Under the pieces are notes generated by a model that worked only from the letters and a program-made list of their open reading frames with translations, was not told where the DNA came from and ran no database searches. DNA of 62,973 nt, counting the filler, from Aduncisulcus paluster (lineage: Eukaryota): the NCBI GenBank assembly GCA_024181965.1. It is 11 parts of 11 records of this genome, joined end to end, with 100 filler letters (N's around TTAATTAATTAA, not from the genome) between each part and the next. Parts side by side here need not be neighbours in the genome. Positions count along the whole stretch, not along the records: positions 49,521 to 62,973 come from BQXS01000130.1; 10 more parts are not named here. One strand, 5' to 3'. A program made the position numbers and the translations under genes. Within the stretch, counting starts at the first letter, position 1, and every line of letters begins with the position of its first letter. This document shows, piece after piece, positions 60,810-62,973 of this stretch.

Positions 60810-61050
60810 GAAAGTGCCAGGAATCTGAGCTTTCCCACCTGATCCTGAGTCTTCTTCCACTATCTTCCTCTCTTCTCTGCGAGGATAAATCCTCCAGAAT
60901 CTTCGAGTCTCTCTCCCGCTTTTCGTCGGTGATTTTTGATCGAACCGTTGACGAAGTTCAAACGGTGTCTGAGAAATTCGATGGTCTGGCATAGGTCTTC
61001 GATCTTCCGCGGGTTCCACGTGACACCTAGAGCCCATAAAACCTCTAGTG
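60810..61050 (-). pseudogene. Decayed reverse-transcriptase thumb fragment (DIRS/Ngaro-like)
   Basis: LGVTWNPRKIEDLCQTIEFLRHRLNF...(frameshift) ITDEKRER...QVGKLRFL resembles the LG..N.EK...Q.IEFLG...L.GKL.F pattern; stops and frameshifts present. Confidence 0.45.
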
Positions 61051-61570
61051 TGTAAGAAAACCTTCCACAAGTGCCCTTGACAAATGATCTTGTACTTGCT
61101 CTTCTTTTCCCCCTAAGAACAACACTGTTGGACTCGGGAGTTTAGTGCCGGTGGCCATCACACTGGTGAACCTAGCCGAGGGAGCTCTTGCCGTGCCGGC
61201 TTTTGATAATTGAGGGATGGTGCTCAAGAGTCTCGCTGGCTTGTCTTGAACGGCAGTGACCGGATAGGACCTCCATGACTCGACGCATACGTAGATGAGA
61301 GTCTGACCTTCTCTACCGCCACGATGGCGTAGATGTGGTCCTCGAGGATCTCTGCGACCACGTCCAATACCTCTTCAACTGACTCAGTCGGTGTAGTCCA
61401 TAAATATAGTTGCTAGATTTTCTCAGACTCCACTACTTTCAATGACTCCCTGGAAATCAAGAAAAGGAAAACGAACACTTCAGCCCGATGAAACTCAGCC
61501 TTATACTCCGCTGCCTGTGTCCTCCGCCACTTGCCGCAGGTTGCCTTAGAATGTAAATGATGTGGCTAGC

Positions 61571-62973
61571 TCAGTGCTGCGCTGTCAATTTATTTGATAT
61601 ATAACACGTATGACAGATTAAATTAGTGCATTTGGGGCACTTATGCAGTTCAAACGTTTCTTCACCTTTACTGGGAAAGTCCTCGAAGCAGAGGATACAG
61701 TGTCTTCCTGCTACTTCGTGAGGGAATAGGAATGGGGAAATCAAAACTGTTGTTCGGAGTCTTGCCAAATAATTGCCTTCTAAACGAAGCATTTCGATAA
61801 TAAGCTCATGAATATCTTCCATCTGAAATTTTTTCTTAAATTCATTGAGCAATTTGTCATCAATCTTCGTTTTTGTACTCTCAACCTCTTTTCTTCGCTG
61901 CAGAAAATAATCAAATTCCTCTTCTTTCTTGTCTTTTGAACCTCCAAGATCAGATATGGTTATTAACCAGTATGGAAGCTCATATATGGCATTGGCTATC
62001 ATGGAGGCGGAGTCAGGAGAGTGAACTAAGAAAGGGAATCCCATTTCGATTTATTTTGTCTGTCGGAGTGATAAGGGGAATACTTTCATGATCAACTTCC
62101 GAACATAATGCCATGCAACCCGTAACAATTCCATGTGTAATAAGTCGGGGACTACGTGTAGGGTTGGTCTGAAATGGAATCTAAACTTTGCCAAAGGATA
62201 CTGTAAGCCCTGTGATCTGACTCGAGACTTTTCGCGGCAATTATGAATCGAAATATCTCTTCTTGAGCACAAACACATATTGCATCTCGAATATCATCCA
62301 CCAGGAGTATCACAAAGGTGAGCTCGTTCTGGGGTATCAGCTATGATATGAGATGGATTACATATAGGGTACAGTATCCTCGGATCTAACGGTTTTGGGT
62401 TCATTCCCCTCTCATCGACTTTCAGCAATCATCACATTAAACACTTTTCTGTGTTTATCTACTGCTCTAAGAATCCCTCCTACTTCATCTCCTGGTCCAC
62501 ACGTCGGCAGTTTTCGGATATGTCTTTTTTCATAATATTGGACTGGGGACTGGATTCGTCTTCAAAGATTTATCCATTGCTTCTCCAAACCATAATGAAG
62601 TTGCAAGGAGGGGAAAGTAGGACTGTCAGCAGTAATCAGGGCCAAATATCCCATTACCACGGTGCCATTGAGAATGATTCCCTTTTGAAGACCTATAATA
62701 TCTTCGCTGATCTTGTTGAGAACGATCTTGAAACTCTCATTAGTGTCTGGGACTGATGTTAGTTCCCAAATGTATTGGAAACTGTTCTTCTCATTACGAG
62801 GCAGGTTAATAACCGATGCTTTGACTCCCAAAACTGATACATTGCTTTTTCTTATAACACTGACTCCATCCAAATATAGTTGAATGCCAAGACACCAAAT
62901 ATTATGGATATCTGGCTGATGGATCTCAAGCCTTTTCTTCCACTCTAGCAACCTTTTCTCGAGAATATCTCCC
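61571..62973 (-). pseudogene. Fragmented CACTA/Plavaka-like transposase remnants (at least two pieces)
   Basis: IQLYLDG...VINLP...LQKGI...LITADSP, then a second IIADTPERAHLCDTPGG*YSRCNMC...VPDLLHMELL; homologous to 32760-35434. Confidence 0.7.

Noticed and set aside
62285-62310. In-frame TGA (GG*YSRC) as selenocysteine or an alternative genetic code
   Set aside because: It lies in a fragmented transposase pseudogene, and intact genes use TGA as a normal stop.

Overview
This window is not one locus. It is 11 short scaffolds of an AT-rich, gene-dense, intron-poor eukaryotic genome, joined by artificial 100-nt linkers (N44-TTAATTAATTAA-N44). Nine internal 20-N gaps are flanked by roughly 270-410 bp overlap duplications, which are assembly artefacts. 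The organism is probably a flagellated protist; a fornicate/Carpediemonas-like lineage such as Aduncisulcus is my guess, inferred and not verified. Host genes include xanthine dehydrogenase (with a GTATGT intron), VAMP7, an SLC19 folate carrier, an ankyrin-FYVE protein, AK9, CSE1, cathepsin B, IFT54, DRC12/CCDC153, SRPK, a CCDC162-like giant protein, a NAP1-like protein, a PH-domain protein and an acyltransferase-3. Mobile DNA includes CACTA/Plavaka-like transposases, decayed RT fragments, tRNA-like units and Ty3/gypsy-like elements. Three observations stand out. (1) LTR retroelements with very short LTRs (about 90-125 bp) in which three different 5' LTRs are each followed by a different perfect 12-14 bp AT-rich palindrome where the tRNA primer-binding site should be, suggesting tRNA-independent priming. 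(2) A homologue of the prokaryotic selenium-dependent molybdenum hydroxylase accessory protein YqeC embedded among eukaryotic genes, in an assembly that also encodes XDH. (3) A compact, potentially switchable structured RNA upstream of the acyltransferase gene.
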